43,276 nt of DNA from a bacterium (GCA_023135785.1 JAGLSL010000034.1:1-43276); one strand, 5' to 3'. Numbered from the stretch's first letter, positions 1 to 9,738 are shown. Numbers and translations are program-made. Notes: generated by a model from the sequence alone, not told the origin.

Positions 1-79
1 GGCTGTACAGCGCTTCGGACAAGGCTTTCAGCGAAAACAGCCGCGATAGCATTAATATCAAAAATCAGTCGTTTAGCTG

Positions 80-108
80 TTGACAGTAGGGCGGTGTAAT
101 TAGACAAT
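80..108 (+). promoter_or_regulatory. possible sigma70-type promoter for the tRNA-Tyr/tRNA-Gly transcript
   Basis: TTGACA at 80-85, 17-nt spacer, GACAAT at 103-108 (4/6 match to TATAAT), about 17 nt upstream of tRNA-Tyr. Confidence 0.35.
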
Positions 109-124
109 GCCCGGCTTGCGTACC

Positions 125-206
125 GGAGGGGTACTCAAGCGGTCAACGAGGGCAGACTGTAAATCTGCTGGCTATGCCTTCGAGGGTTCGAATCCTTCTC
201 TCCCCA
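125..206 (+). tRNA. tRNA-Tyr (anticodon GTA), class II with long variable arm
   Basis: Hand-folded cloverleaf: acceptor GGAGGGG, anticodon loop CTGTAAA, variable arm TGGCTATGCCTTC, T-arm GAGGG-TTCGAAT-CCTTC. No CCA is encoded. My acceptor fold has one A-C mismatch and two G-T pairs, so the ends are +/-2 nt. Confidence 0.85.
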
Positions 207-213
207 CTAAAAG

Positions 214-291
214 TAGTTTATGGTTGATGGTATATAGTTAATAGTAAAAGATTAAGAGAAAAGGAAATGATAAACTATTAACCATAAACTA
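214..291. repeat. 12-bp inverted repeat TAGTTTATGGTT (214-225) / AACCATAAACTA (280-291) enclosing the tRNA-Tyr to tRNA-Gly spacer
   Basis: Exact reverse complements read directly. The same 12-mer AACCATAAACTA recurs at 18241-18252. Confidence 0.9.
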
Positions 292-310
292 TAGACTATC
301 GACTAGTTGC

Positions 311-381
311 GCGGGTGTAGCACAATGGTAGTGTCGCAGCCTTCCAAGCTGTCTATGGCGGTTCGATCCCGCTCACCCGCT
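311..381 (+). tRNA. tRNA-Gly (anticodon TCC)
   Basis: Acceptor GCGGGTG/CACCCGC is perfectly paired. Anticodon stem-loop GCAGC-CTTCCAA-GCTGT, T-loop GGTTCGATCC, discriminator T, no encoded CCA. Confidence 0.92.
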
Positions 382-430
382 CTTATATAGATTGAGGATT
401 CAATTTATTTGTGTAGTCATAATTAAAAAC

Positions 431-458
431 TTGACATATATTATTATTTTAGTATAAT
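431..458 (+). promoter_or_regulatory. near-consensus sigma70 promoter upstream of tRNA-Thr and tuf
   Basis: TTGACA (431-436), 16-nt spacer, TATAAT (453-458). It lies 15 nt upstream of tRNA-Thr. Confidence 0.7.
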
Positions 459-472
459 AAAACGCTTTTTTT

Positions 473-545
473 GCTACTGTAGCTCAGTTGGCAGAGCGCA
501 TCCTTGGTAAGGATGAGGTCACCGGTTCGATCCCGGTCAGTAGCT
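473..545 (+). tRNA. tRNA-Thr (anticodon GGT)
   Basis: Acceptor GCTACTG/CAGTAGC is perfect. D-loop AGCTCAGTTGGCAGAGC, anticodon stem-loop GCATC-CTTGGTAA-GGATG, T-loop GGTTCGATCC. Confidence 0.92.
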
Positions 546-603
546 CAGAAAAAAAACATAACAAGGAATTAAATTTTTTTTAAATAGGGGGGAGGAATAA
601 GAA

Positions 604-1803
604 ATGGCAAAAGAGAAATTCGAGAGAAAGAAACCGCATATAAATATAGGAACGATAGGTCACGTAGACCATGGCAAAACGACGCTAACATCAGCAATAA
701 CAAAAGTATTGTCAACTAAAGGTATGACAAGCAAAGAATTCTCGGTAGACGAAATAGACAAAGCGCCGGAAGAAAGAGAACGAGGATTAACAATAAACAT
801 ATCCCACATGGAATACGAAACAGAAAAGCGCCATTATGCACATATAGATTGTCCGGGTCATGCTGATTACATCAAGAACATGATAACCGGCGCGGCACAG
901 ATGGACGGAGCAATACTGGTAGTATCAGCGGCAGACGGTCCAATGCCCCAGACACGAGAACACATACTACTTGCGCGCCAAGTAGGTGTACCCTCAATAG
1001 TAGTATTTCTAAACAAAACAGACCAAGTAACCGACCCTGAACTATTAGAACTGGTAGAACTGGAAGTAAGGGACCTGTTAAAGAAATACGAATTTCCGGG
1101 CGATGAAATACCGATAGTAAAAGGCAGCGCACTAAAATGCATACAAGCATCTGACGTAGCAGGAGAAGACTGCAAAAGCATATACGAACTATTAGACGCA
1201 GTCGACTCATACATACCAACTCCGAAACGCGAAACCGACAAGCCATTTTTAATGGCAATAGAAGACATATTTACAATAACCGGAAGAGGTACAGTAGTAA
1301 CCGGCAGAATAGAGCGTGGCAAAATCAAGACAGGTGATGAAATCGACATAGTCGGCTTAAGTTTAGACATAAAAAAGACAGTGGCAACAGGCGTAGAAAT
1401 GTTCAGAAAAATACTAGACTACGGCGAAGCCGGTGATAACGTAGGCATACTGTTAAGAGGCGTAGAAAAAGCTGACGTAGTAAGAGGTCAAGTTCTAGCC
1501 GCGCCTGGCAGTATAACCCCACACAACGAATTCAAAGGCCAAGCATACATTTTGACAAAAGAAGAAGGTGGTAGACATACACCGTTTTTTACAGGTTACA
1601 GACCACAATTCTATTTTAGAACAACAGATGTAACCGGCACAGCAGCACTACCCAAAGATGTAGAAATGGTAATGCCTGGCGACAACGTGATGATGGAAGT
1701 AAAATTGATAGCGCCTGTAGCGATGGAGAAGGGACTTAGATTTGCTATAAGAGAAGGCGGTCATACTGTAGGTGCAGGTGTTGTTAGTGAAGTGATTAAA
1801 TAA
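604..1803 (+). CDS. tuf: elongation factor Tu
   Basis: 399-aa ORF with [17 protein letters not shown] and NKTD GTPase motifs. Strong RBS GGGGGAGGA upstream. The classic tRNA-tuf arrangement. Confidence 0.99.
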   Translation: MAKEKFERKKPHINIGTIGHVDHGKTTLTSAITKVLSTKGMTSKEFSVDEIDKAPEERERGLTINISHMEYETEKRHYAHIDCPGHADYIKNMITGAAQMDGAILVVSAADGPMPQTREHILLARQVGVPSIVVFLNKTDQVTDPELLELVELEVRDLLKKYEFPGDEIPIVKGSALKCIQASDVAGEDCKSIYELLDAVDSYIPTPKRETDKPFLMAIEDIFTITGRGTVVTGRIERGKIKTGDEIDIVGLSLDIKKTVATGVEMFRKILDYGEAGDNVGILLRGVEKADVVRGQVLAAPGSITPHNEFKGQAYILTKEEGGRHTPFFTGYRPQFYFRTTDVTGTAALPKDVEMVMPGDNVMMEVKLIAPVAMEKGLRFAIREGGHTVGAGVVSEVIK

Positions 1804-1814
1804 GGAATTAGACT

Positions 1815-2147
1815 ATGACGAAGAAAAAAGAGAAAAACACAAATCGGCAACGAATGAAAGTGAAACTCAAGGCGTACGATCATAGGATATTGGATGGATC
1901 AATTAAAGAGATTATCCGAACGGTCGAAAGGACCGGTGCTAGGATGGTAGGTCCAATTCCTTTGCCTACAAAAATAGAAAAATGGACTGTGCTAAGATCT
2001 CCTCATGTAGATAAGAGATCAATGGAATCTTTCGAAATTAGAATTCACAAAAGATTATTTGAGATTGTGGATCCCACAAGGAAAACTACAGACGCATTAA
2101 TGAAACTGAATCTTCCTGCTGGAGTTCATGTGGAGATAAAAATATAA
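1815..2147 (+). CDS. rpsJ: 30S ribosomal protein S10
   Basis: [13 protein letters not shown]...[20 protein letters not shown] is a typical S10 sequence and it is first in the S10 operon order. Confidence 0.97.
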   Translation: MTKKKEKNTNRQRMKVKLKAYDHRILDGSIKEIIRTVERTGARMVGPIPLPTKIEKWTVLRSPHVDKRSMESFEIRIHKRLFEIVDPTRKTTDALMKLNLPAGVHVEIKI

Positions 2148-2230
2148 AAAAGCAGGTAAGCGTTAGAGGATAGCGCGCTATAGCAAAAAAAAGACTAATA
2201 GTTAGGTAACCAAGAACTTAATAAGGAAAA

Positions 2231-2920
2231 ATGATAGGACTAATTGGTAAAAAAGTAGGAATGACCCAAATATTTAATGAGGAAGGGAAAGTAATCCCTG
2301 TTACTGTTATTGAAGCAGGTCCTTGCAAGGTTGTTCAAAAAAAGACAAAAGCAAAAGATGGGTATGATGCTATACAATTAGGTTTTGGAGAAGTAAAAGA
2401 AACTAGAGCAAGCAAACCTTATATTGGTCATTTTAAAAAAATAGGGTTAAACCCAATGGAAATATTGGAAGAAATAAGGATAGAAGATTTAAGTAAATTT
2501 AAAGAATGTGATGAAATTAAAGTGGACATATTCTCAAATTCCAAATTTGTAAATATCCAAGGGATGACCAAAGGTAAAGGTTTTATGGGTGTTATGAAAA
2601 GATGGGGATTTGCGGGAATGCCTGCTAGTCATGGAACGCATAAAAAACACAGACACCCTGGGTCTATTGGTCAGCATACAGATCCTGGTAGAGTATTTAA
2701 AGGTAAGAAAATGGGCGGAAAAACGGGAAACGAAAAGATTACCGTAAAAAAATTAGCAGTTGCAGGAATTGACTTGGAAAAGAATATTTTGTTGGTTAAA
2801 GGTTCTGTTCCCGGATCAAGAGGTTCTGCCTTATTTATTTTTTCGGATTTGAACGCACCCATTAATTTGCAAATAACTCAGCCGCAGGCGGAGAATAAGC
2901 CTGTAGCTGTAGAAAAATAG
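2231..2920 (+). CDS. rplC: 50S ribosomal protein L3
   Basis: MIGLIGKKVGMTQIF...GKGFMGVMKRWGF..HG is typical L3 and the operon position fits. Confidence 0.97.
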   Translation: MIGLIGKKVGMTQIFNEEGKVIPVTVIEAGPCKVVQKKTKAKDGYDAIQLGFGEVKETRASKPYIGHFKKIGLNPMEILEEIRIEDLSKFKECDEIKVDIFSNSKFVNIQGMTKGKGFMGVMKRWGFAGMPASHGTHKKHRHPGSIGQHTDPGRVFKGKKMGGKTGNEKITVKKLAVAGIDLEKNILLVKGSVPGSRGSALFIFSDLNAPINLQITQPQAENKPVAVEK

Positions 2921-2940
2921 ATTGACGAGAGGAAACAACA

Positions 2941-3573
2941 ATGTCTGAAGTAGATGTTTATGATATGGAAGGTAAAATAGTCAAAAAGATAGAGTTGAAA
3001 GATTCTATTTTTAACTTCCAACCAAATCTTCAATTAGTGTCTGAAGTAGTGAATATGTATTTGGCTAATATAAAAATCCATACCGCATCTACTAAAACAA
3101 AAGGTGAGGTACGTGGTGGCGGGAAAAAACCTTGGAGGCAAAAAGGCACCGGCAGAGCAAGGACGGCTTCTCTTAGGTCTCCTCTATTTAGAGGCGGCGG
3201 CGTTACATTTGGTCCACGGCCTAAAAAAGTAGTATGCCATATTCCCAAAAAGAAGAGAAGTATTGCTTTAAAATCCACTCTTTCCTTAAAGTTGCGGGAA
3301 GGGAAGATAAAAGTTATTGAAGGCATAAATTTGGAAGAAGGGAAATCAAAAAATTTTAATGAAATCTTAAGCAAAATTCAAGTTGATAATGATAAAGGCA
3401 AAAAAATGATGGTGATTATAAATTCGCCGTCAGAAACCGTTATCAAAGCGACAAATAATTTAAAAAAAATAAGAATAAAGAATCCATTAATACTCAATGC
3501 TCTTGACGTAATGTCTTGTGATTGGTTAATATTAGAGCTTAATTCTTTGCCTTTATTGGAAAAGAGAGTTTAA
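2941..3573 (+). CDS. rplD: 50S ribosomal protein L4
   Basis: RGGGKKPWRQKGTGRAR motif and operon position. Confidence 0.96.
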   Translation: MSEVDVYDMEGKIVKKIELKDSIFNFQPNLQLVSEVVNMYLANIKIHTASTKTKGEVRGGGKKPWRQKGTGRARTASLRSPLFRGGGVTFGPRPKKVVCHIPKKKRSIALKSTLSLKLREGKIKVIEGINLEEGKSKNFNEILSKIQVDNDKGKKMMVIINSPSETVIKATNNLKKIRIKNPLILNALDVMSCDWLILELNSLPLLEKRV

Positions 3574-3576
3574 AAA

Positions 3577-3867
3577 ATGATAGCCGAATCAGTTAAAATT
3601 ATAAGAGAACCAGTAATAACAGAACAGACAACAGCTAAGATGGAATCTTATAATAAATATTCTTTTAGAGTTGACCCCAGAGCTAACAAAAGTGCAATTA
3701 AGCGGGCAATTGAGCAAATGTTTAGTGTAAAGGTAGTAAAAATTAATACTAAAGTAAGAAAGTCGAAACCTCGTAAAGTCAGGTTAAGACAAGAAGGCAG
3801 AACACCGTTTTGGAAGGAAGCAATAGTTACTTTAAAGAAGGGACAATCAATAGATATATTGGGTTAA
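3577..3867 (+). CDS. rplW: 50S ribosomal protein L23
   Basis: 96 aa. PVITEQT...YSFRVDPRANKSAIKRAIEQMF is L23-like and the operon position fits. Confidence 0.95.
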   Translation: MIAESVKIIREPVITEQTTAKMESYNKYSFRVDPRANKSAIKRAIEQMFSVKVVKINTKVRKSKPRKVRLRQEGRTPFWKEAIVTLKKGQSIDILG

Positions 3868-3890
3868 ATATAAAAATAGTTGATAGTCTA

Positions 3891-3910
3891 TAGTTTATAG
3901 CTATAAACTA
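3891..3910. repeat. 20-bp perfect palindrome TAGTTTATAGCTATAAACTA in the rplW-rplB spacer
   Basis: Read directly. It overlaps a 17-mer (3882-3898) that is the exact reverse complement of 284-300 in the tRNA spacer. Confidence 0.95.
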
Positions 3911-3931
3911 TTCGAACAAAGCGAGATACAT

Positions 3932-4747
3932 ATGGGATTAAAAACACATAAACCAGTTACTCCAGGTCAAAGGAATATGGTCAGTCAAACCTTTGAGGAC
4001 TTGACGAAAAAGTCACCGGAGAAGAGCCTGACAAAGGGACATGTAAGAAGAGCAGGGAGGTCTCGCCAAGGCAGTATAACGGTTAGAAGAAAAGGCGGGG
4101 GATGTAAGCGTCGTTATAGAACAATAGATTTCAGCATGAAAAAAGAAGGAGTAAAAGGAAAAGTTTCAAGTATAGAATATGATCCTAATCGAACTGGTCG
4201 TATTGCATTAATAAAATATATAGATGGCGATAAGAGATATATAATAGCTTCTGCGGGTTTGAAAGTTGGCGATGAAATATCAAATGGGGAAAATGCTAAT
4301 TTAACGAGTGGTAGTTCTCTGCCGTTAAAGAATATTCCCGTTGGAACGCTTATATATAATATCCAATTGAATAAAGACAAGAGTGCTCAAATGGTAAGAG
4401 CCGCAGGAACATATGCGCAAATTTTAGCTAAGGAAGGTGATTTTGCTAATGTAAAATTGCCGTCGGGAGAAGTAAGAAAATTTAGAATAGATTGCAAAGC
4501 ATGTATTGGGCAAGTAGGGAATATTGAACATTCTTCCATTAGGATAGGCAAAGCTGGTAGAAATCGACATTTGGGAAAAAGACCCCGAGTTAGAGGTGTT
4601 GCAATGAATCCGATAGACCATCCTCTTGGTGGTGGTGAGGGAAGAAGTTCCGGTGGAAGGCATCCTTCTACTCCTTGGGGGAAACTTGAAAAGAAGACGC
4701 GCAAAAAGAAGCTTTCAAATAAATATATAGTAAAAAGAAGGAAATAA
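3932..4747 (+). CDS. rplB: 50S ribosomal protein L2
   Basis: 271 aa. The GRNRHLGKRPRVRGVAMNPIDHPLGGGEG motif is diagnostic of L2. Confidence 0.98.
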   Translation: MGLKTHKPVTPGQRNMVSQTFEDLTKKSPEKSLTKGHVRRAGRSRQGSITVRRKGGGCKRRYRTIDFSMKKEGVKGKVSSIEYDPNRTGRIALIKYIDGDKRYIIASAGLKVGDEISNGENANLTSGSSLPLKNIPVGTLIYNIQLNKDKSAQMVRAAGTYAQILAKEGDFANVKLPSGEVRKFRIDCKACIGQVGNIEHSSIRIGKAGRNRHLGKRPRVRGVAMNPIDHPLGGGEGRSSGGRHPSTPWGKLEKKTRKKKLSNKYIVKRRK

Positions 4748-4750
4748 AAA

Positions 4751-5035
4751 ATGGGTAGATCAGTAAAAAAAGGTGCTTTTGTAGACTTGAAATTGGTTGC
4801 TAAAATAGAAAAAGCGAAGAGAGAGAACAGCAGAAAGCCAATTAAGACTTGGAGTAGGAGTTCTATGCTTACTCCTGACTTTGTAGGGTTGACTCTTTCT
4901 GTTCATAATGGTAAAACCTTCGTCAATCTTTATGTTACGGAAAATATGGTAGGTTATAAAGTTGGAGAGTTTGTTCATACCAGAACTTTTAGATCTCACG
5001 GTGCGCATACTGAAAAATCTGCGACGACAACATAA
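4751..5035 (+). CDS. rpsS: 30S ribosomal protein S19
   Basis: [11 protein letters not shown]...[20 protein letters not shown] is typical S19. Confidence 0.97.
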   Translation: MGRSVKKGAFVDLKLVAKIEKAKRENSRKPIKTWSRSSMLTPDFVGLTLSVHNGKTFVNLYVTENMVGYKVGEFVHTRTFRSHGAHTEKSATTT

Positions 5036-5085
5036 TTATCCACCATTAATTTGATAATGATGTTTAAATTGAGAGGGAGTTTTTA

Positions 5086-5478
5086 GTGATTGGAAAAGCA
5101 GTGTTAAGTTTTGCTAAAATATCGCCCATAAAACTGAGGGAAGTTGTTTCTTTAATTAGAGGCAAAGAAGCGAATGAATCCTTGGTGGTATTACAATTTA
5201 CAAATAAAAAAGGAGCGGGTATTTTAGGAAAAGTTTTAAAAAGCGCTATCGCTAACGTTTTACAAAAAGAAAGTTCTATAGATGAGGATTCTCTTATTGT
5301 AAAAGAAGTGAGGGTTGATGAAGGTTCAAGGGGGAAGAGAATAAGCTTTGCTGCGAGAGGTGGAGCTTCAGTTATCAAGAGAAGAACATCGCATGTAACG
5401 ATAGTTGTAGAAGGTAAACCTAAAGTAAAAGAAAGCAATAAGAAAAAAGCAGTAAAAGATAAAGTAAAAGGTAAATAA
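5086..5478 (+). CDS. rplV: 50S ribosomal protein L22 (GTG start, Lys-rich C-terminal tail)
   Basis: [16 protein letters not shown] and [10 protein letters not shown] are L22-like. RBS GAGGGAG lies 7 nt before the GTG. Operon position fits. Confidence 0.93.
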   Translation: MIGKAVLSFAKISPIKLREVVSLIRGKEANESLVVLQFTNKKGAGILGKVLKSAIANVLQKESSIDEDSLIVKEVRVDEGSRGKRISFAARGGASVIKRRTSHVTIVVEGKPKVKESNKKKAVKDKVKGK

Positions 5479-5480
5479 AT

Positions 5481-6281
5481 ATGGGTCAAAAAGTTAATCC
5501 TAAAGGTTTTCGTGTTGGCGTCACAATAGATTGGGAGTCTAAATGGTATGCCGATAAAGATTATTCGAAATTGTTGCATGAAGATATAAAAATAAGAAGT
5601 TTGATAAAAGATAAATTAAGATTTGCAGGTGTTCCCAAAATTGAAATTGGCAGACTTCCCGAACAGGTTGTAATTGATGTGTTTACCGCAAAGCCGGGCA
5701 TAGTAATTGGAAGAGGTGGAACGGAAGTAGATAAATTACGAGGTCAGATACAAGGATTGGTAAACAATAAAGAGGTTGTATTAAATGTCAAAGAAGTAAG
5801 AGGTGTTTCTTCAAACGCTCAATTGGTAGCTGAAAATATAGCTTTGCAATTAGAGAAGAGAATACCTCACAGAAGGGCAATGAAAAGAGCTATTAGTCAG
5901 GCGATGGACTCTGGCGCTAAAGGAATAAAAATTAAGTGCAAAGGTAGATTGGGTGGCAATGAGATAGCCAGAGACGAAGAGTATAAAGAAGGAAAAGTTC
6001 CGCTTCATACAATAAGAGCTATTATCGATTATGGTTTTATTGAGGCAAAGACAATGTTTGGAATTATAGGTGTTAAAGTATGGGTATATAAAGGGGAATT
6101 TTTAAGAGTTAAAGCCGACAAAGTAACTGAAAATAAAGTTTCCTCTGAAACGCAGGCTGTTGCTAATGTGCCTGTTACTGAGAAAAAAACTGCAAGCAGG
6201 CAAAAACCTAGCTTTCCAAAACAAAAAGTAAGTAAAAATAAAAACGTCAAAGAAAAAATAGACAAAGTTGGGGGAAAATAA
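5481..6281 (+). CDS. rpsC: 30S ribosomal protein S3 (about 60-aa Lys-rich C-terminal extension)
   Basis: [13 protein letters not shown], a KH domain and [10 protein letters not shown] motifs. Confidence 0.98.
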   Translation: MGQKVNPKGFRVGVTIDWESKWYADKDYSKLLHEDIKIRSLIKDKLRFAGVPKIEIGRLPEQVVIDVFTAKPGIVIGRGGTEVDKLRGQIQGLVNNKEVVLNVKEVRGVSSNAQLVAENIALQLEKRIPHRRAMKRAISQAMDSGAKGIKIKCKGRLGGNEIARDEEYKEGKVPLHTIRAIIDYGFIEAKTMFGIIGVKVWVYKGEFLRVKADKVTENKVSSETQAVANVPVTEKKTASRQKPSFPKQKVSKNKNVKEKIDKVGGK

Positions 6282-6284
6282 TCC

Positions 6285-6713
6285 ATGCCTCTTATTCCTA
6301 AAAGAATCAAATATAGAAAAAGACATAAGGGCCGCATAAAAGGTAAGAGTTCAAGGGGTACCGTGTTGACGCATGGCGAATATGGAATTAAAGTTGTTGA
6401 AGTGGGTATAATCACTTCTAAACAAATGGAAGCTGCAAGGTTGGCTATAGCTCGAACTATTAAGAAGGGCGGCAAAATATTTTTTAAAATTTCAACGGAT
6501 AAGCCGATTACAAAAAAACCATTGGAAACAAGAATGGGAAAAGGAAAAGGAGAAGTTGCAATGTGGGTTGCTCCGATTCAACCTGGCAGAATAATACTGG
6601 AAATTGAAGGAATTTCTGAAGATATTGCAATGAAAGCTTTAAAAGTTGCTTGTGATAAGTTGCCATTTCAGACTAAAATAGTTTCTCGTCACAAACTTGG
6701 AGTTTCACAATGA
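6285..6713 (+). CDS. rplP: 50S ribosomal protein L16
   Basis: MPLIPKRIKYRK.HKGR...ETRMGKGKG motif. Confidence 0.98.
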   Translation: MPLIPKRIKYRKRHKGRIKGKSSRGTVLTHGEYGIKVVEVGIITSKQMEAARLAIARTIKKGGKIFFKISTDKPITKKPLETRMGKGKGEVAMWVAPIQPGRIILEIEGISEDIAMKALKVACDKLPFQTKIVSRHKLGVSQ

Positions 6714-6922
6714 AGAAGGTAGAATTTGAACAATATTCTAACGAAGAATTACTCTCGAAGAGAAATTCTTTCTATATAGAGCTTTTTAATTTAAGAACTC
6801 AACTTATTACAGGGCAATTAGGGAATATGAAAAAGGTAAAAGAAAGAAAAAAAGATATTGCTCGTATATATACAATACTAAAAGAAAGACAATTAAAAAA
6901 TGAGAAAACAAAGACAAGGTAG
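6710..6922 (+). CDS. rpmC: 50S ribosomal protein L29
   Basis: 70-aa helical protein (ELFNLRTQL) in the L29 position. ATGA overlap with rplP. Confidence 0.9.
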   Translation: MKKVEFEQYSNEELLSKRNSFYIELFNLRTQLITGQLGNMKKVKERKKDIARIYTILKERQLKNEKTKTR

Positions 6923-7211
6923 GGTTATATCTGATAAGATGCAGTCCACAGTTATTGTGGAAACGGTTAGTTTAGTGTCTCATCCTATGTATAAAAAGAC
7001 GCTAAAGAGAAAAAGTAAATTTGTAGCTCATAATTCTGAAAATAAGGCAAAATTAGGCAACATAGTCAGAATAGTGGAAACAAAACCTTTATCAAAAACC
7101 AAACGATGGAAAGTAGCCGAAATTATAAAGGCCGATAGGTCCACATTAGGAACTGTTCTTAAGAAAAAGACTTCTAAACGCAAGAAATCAAAGAAGAAAG
7201 GTGCAAAATGA
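6900..7211 (+). CDS. rpsQ: 30S ribosomal protein S17 (Lys-rich C-terminal tail)
   Basis: [23 protein letters not shown]...[28 protein letters not shown] is typical S17. It overlaps rpmC by 23 nt. Confidence 0.95.
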   Translation: MRKQRQGRVISDKMQSTVIVETVSLVSHPMYKKTLKRKSKFVAHNSENKAKLGNIVRIVETKPLSKTKRWKVAEIIKADRSTLGTVLKKKTSKRKKSKKKGAK

Positions 7212-7573
7212 TTGGTTTAGCCTCTAGATTAGACGTTGCAGACAATACCGGAGCAAAAAGAGTTTATTGTTTTCAGGTATTAAGTGGTAAAAAGAAATTT
7301 GCTACTGTTGGCGATATTATAACAGCGTCGGTAAAAGAAATAGGTGTTGGCGGTAGTATTAAGAAAGGCGAAGTTGTGAGAGCTGTTGTTGTAAGAGTAA
7401 AAAAAGAAATAAAACGAAATGACGGGACATATATAAGATTTGACAGAAATTCGGTAGTGTTGATTGATAAAACTAATAACCCAATAGGGACACGTATTTT
7501 TGGTCCTGTTCCTAGAGAATTGAGAGAGAAAAATTTTACAAAAATAGTATCTCTTGCTCCCGAAGTGGTATAA
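7208..7573 (+). CDS. rplN: 50S ribosomal protein L14
   Basis: [17 protein letters not shown]... and IRFD.NSVVLID are typical L14. Confidence 0.97.
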   Translation: MIGLASRLDVADNTGAKRVYCFQVLSGKKKFATVGDIITASVKEIGVGGSIKKGEVVRAVVVRVKKEIKRNDGTYIRFDRNSVVLIDKTNNPIGTRIFGPVPRELREKNFTKIVSLAPEVV

Positions 7574-7588
7574 ATAAAAGAGAAAAAT

Positions 7589-7912
7589 ATGAGTATTTCT
7601 ATTAAAAAAGGTGATACTGTTCTTGTGATATCCGGCAAAGATAAAGGTAAGACTGCCAAGGTTAAGGTGGTGTTGTCTAAAAAAAATAGAGTAGTTTTAG
7701 AACGTATAAATATTGCTAAAAAACATACTAAACCTTCGCGAAAAAACGCTCAAGGAGGAGTTGTAGAGTTAGAGAAGTCAATTAACTGTTCTAATGTAAT
7801 GATTTATTGCCAGAGATGCACAAAAGGCGTAAGAATCGGCGTAAAAGTGTTAAAAGACGGTGCTAAAAGCCGTTTCTGTAAAAAGTGTGGTGAAATAATA
7901 GAAAAAGGATAG
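7589..7912 (+). CDS. rplX: 50S ribosomal protein L24 with C-terminal CxxC...CxxC ribbon
   Basis: KKGDTVLVISGKDKGKT KOW motif, then CQRC..16..CKKC at the C-terminus. Confidence 0.95.
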   Translation: MSISIKKGDTVLVISGKDKGKTAKVKVVLSKKNRVVLERINIAKKHTKPSRKNAQGGVVELEKSINCSNVMIYCQRCTKGVRIGVKVLKDGAKSRFCKKCGEIIEKG

Positions 7913-7950
7913 CTTTGTCTTTTTATCCAAAGGCATGGAGTTAAATAGAA

Positions 7951-8511
7951 ATGACAGAAGAAAAATATGTTCCCAGGTTAAAAGATAAGTATAAAGGAGA
8001 AGTTGTCCCATATATGATGGAGAAGTTTAAATATGCTAATTTATTGCAGGTTCCCAAAATAAAGGCGATAGTCATAAATATGGGGGTCGGGGAAGCCAAA
8101 GATGACAAGAAATTCTTAGACGAAGCGTTAAAACTTCTTTCAATAATAAGTGGGCAGAAACCGGTTGTTACCGTAGCTAAAATATCAGTTTCGGGTTTTA
8201 AACTAAGACAAGGAAAACCTATAGGGTGCAAAGTTACTTTAAGGAAAAATAATATGTATGAATTTTTAGATAGGCTTATTTCTTTTGTCCTGCCTCGTAT
8301 AAGAGATTTTAGAGGTGTTAATCCCAACTCTTTTGATGGAAGAGGGAACTATTCTATGGGAATGCAAGAGCAACAAGTTTTTCCAGAAATAGCTCATGAA
8401 CAAATTCCTCATGTTATGGGAATGGATATTTGTTTTGTGACTACGGCAAAAACAAATGAAGAAGGATATGCGTTATTGGAATCTTTTGGAATGCCGTTTA
8501 GAAAAGATTAA
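7951..8511 (+). CDS. rplE: 50S ribosomal protein L5
   Basis: PRLKDKYK..V...[19 protein letters not shown] and [15 protein letters not shown] motifs. Confidence 0.97.
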   Translation: MTEEKYVPRLKDKYKGEVVPYMMEKFKYANLLQVPKIKAIVINMGVGEAKDDKKFLDEALKLLSIISGQKPVVTVAKISVSGFKLRQGKPIGCKVTLRKNNMYEFLDRLISFVLPRIRDFRGVNPNSFDGRGNYSMGMQEQQVFPEIAHEQIPHVMGMDICFVTTAKTNEEGYALLESFGMPFRKD

Positions 8512-8524
8512 AAATTAAAATAAT

Positions 8525-8710
8525 ATGGCAAGAAAAGCGTTAATAGAAAAGACAAAAAATAAGAATAAATTTAAGGTTCGTTCTTATAATCGTTGTCAAT
8601 TATGTGGAAGACCCAGAGCTTTTATAAGAAAATTTGGTCTTTGCAGGATATGTTTCCGAAATTTAGCTCACAAGGGGCAAGTTCCTGGAGTGACTAAATC
8701 TAGTTGGTAA
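8525..8710 (+). CDS. rpsN: 30S ribosomal protein S14, short zinc-binding (type Z) form
   Basis: 61 aa with CQLCGR-x12-CRIC, ending in W. Confidence 0.96.
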   Translation: MARKALIEKTKNKNKFKVRSYNRCQLCGRPRAFIRKFGLCRICFRNLAHKGQVPGVTKSSW

Positions 8711-8766
8711 ACAACGGACTATATTAATTATTACCTTAATTTTTTAATATGTGTTAAGGAGAAAAT

Positions 8767-9159
8767 ATGAGTATTACTGATCCAATAGCAGATTTTGTGG
8801 TTGCTTTAAAAAATGCTTCTTTGTCACGCAGAGCTGAAATAGTTATTGCTTTTTCTAACATGAAGATGGGTATTTTAGAAGTGCTTAAGAAAGAAGGATT
8901 CATAGAGGATTACGCTAGCAAAAAAGAAGGCAAAAAAAGCAATATAACAATCAAATTAAAATATTTTGGCAGTGAGTCAGCTATCAGAGATGCAAAAAGA
9001 GTAAGCAAAATAAGCAAAAAAGTTTATGTCGGAAAAGACACTATGCCTTTAAGAGAGGGAAACAGAATATGGGTTGTGTCAACATCTAAAGGAATAATGA
9101 CGTCAGATGAATGCAAAACAAAAGGCATTGGTGGAGAAATCTTGTGTTACGTAGAATAG
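8767..9159 (+). CDS. rpsH: 30S ribosomal protein S8
   Basis: MSITDPIADFVVALKNA...VSTSKGIMT..EC...GIGGEILCYV is typical S8. Confidence 0.97.
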   Translation: MSITDPIADFVVALKNASLSRRAEIVIAFSNMKMGILEVLKKEGFIEDYASKKEGKKSNITIKLKYFGSESAIRDAKRVSKISKKVYVGKDTMPLREGNRIWVVSTSKGIMTSDECKTKGIGGEILCYVE

Positions 9160-9170
9160 GAGAATGAATA

Positions 9171-9734
9171 ATGTCACGAATTGGTAAAATGCCAGTTGCT
9201 ATACCTAATAATGTTAAAGTCGAGATTAATCAAAACATTGTTTCGGTTGAAGGTCCAAAGGGCAAATTGTCTGAAAAGTTTTCTTCCCTAATGGATATTA
9301 CAAGGGACAAGGAAGAAATTATTGTCAAACGTTCTTCGGATGAAAAATTCAATCGCGCTCTTCATGGAACTACGCGAGCTCTAATTGCTAATATGATAAA
9401 AGGGGTTTCTGATGGGTTCCAAAAAGAACTGGAGATAATAGGGGTTGGTTATTCTGCCAAGATGGAAGGCAAGAAATTAGTTATGAAACTCGGCTTTTCT
9501 CATCTGGTTGAGTATATGCCGTCGGATATAGTTAAATTGGAAGTGAAAAAAGCAAAAAATTTTGAAGTGATTGTAAGTAGTCCAAACAAGCAGGAAGTAG
9601 GTCAGGCGGCCTGCGAAATTCGTAAGTTTTGTCCACCTAATGCTTATAAAGGTAAGGGAATAAGATATAAAGGGGAATACATAAAATTGAAACCAGGTAA
9701 GACAGCGGCAACAGGGGCGGCTGGCGCAGGATAA
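9171..9734 (+). CDS. rplF: 50S ribosomal protein L6
   Basis: MSRIGKMPV.IP..V.V....N.V.V.GPKG and PPNAYKGKGIRY motifs. Confidence 0.97.
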   Translation: MSRIGKMPVAIPNNVKVEINQNIVSVEGPKGKLSEKFSSLMDITRDKEEIIVKRSSDEKFNRALHGTTRALIANMIKGVSDGFQKELEIIGVGYSAKMEGKKLVMKLGFSHLVEYMPSDIVKLEVKKAKNFEVIVSSPNKQEVGQAACEIRKFCPPNAYKGKGIRYKGEYIKLKPGKTAATGAAGAG

Positions 9735-9738
9735 AAAC

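Noticed and set aside
1-99. Open reading frame running from the window edge to a TAA at 97-99 (GCTALRTRLSAKTAAIALISKISRLAVDSRAV), possibly the 3' end of an upstream gene. There is also a GGCTGT...ACAGCC hairpin at 1-42.
   Set aside because: Only 32 codons with no recognisable motif, overlapping a promoter-like TTGACA. It cannot be supported as coding or as an RNA from this fragment.
867-1370. Antisense ORFs inside tuf (867..1370 and 872..1258, minus strand). Similar antisense ORFs overlap rplC, rplD, rplB, rpsS, rplV/rpsC (5064..5579), rpsC/rplP, rplN, rplE, rplF/rplR (9477..10094), rpsE (10150..10611), rplO, secY, adk, rpsM/rpsK, rpoA, uvrB and metE.
   Set aside because: Each lies opposite a strongly conserved, clearly identified gene. 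They have no RBS and low-complexity or Ser/Leu/Phe-rich composition typical of shadow ORFs in AT-rich DNA.
2170-2181. Palindrome ATAGCGCGCTAT in the 83-nt rpsJ-rplC spacer, considered as an attenuator or terminator.
   Set aside because: As an RNA hairpin it would have only a 4-bp stem once a loop is allowed, and the following A-run is on the wrong side for a + strand terminator. It may be a protein site, but the evidence is too thin.
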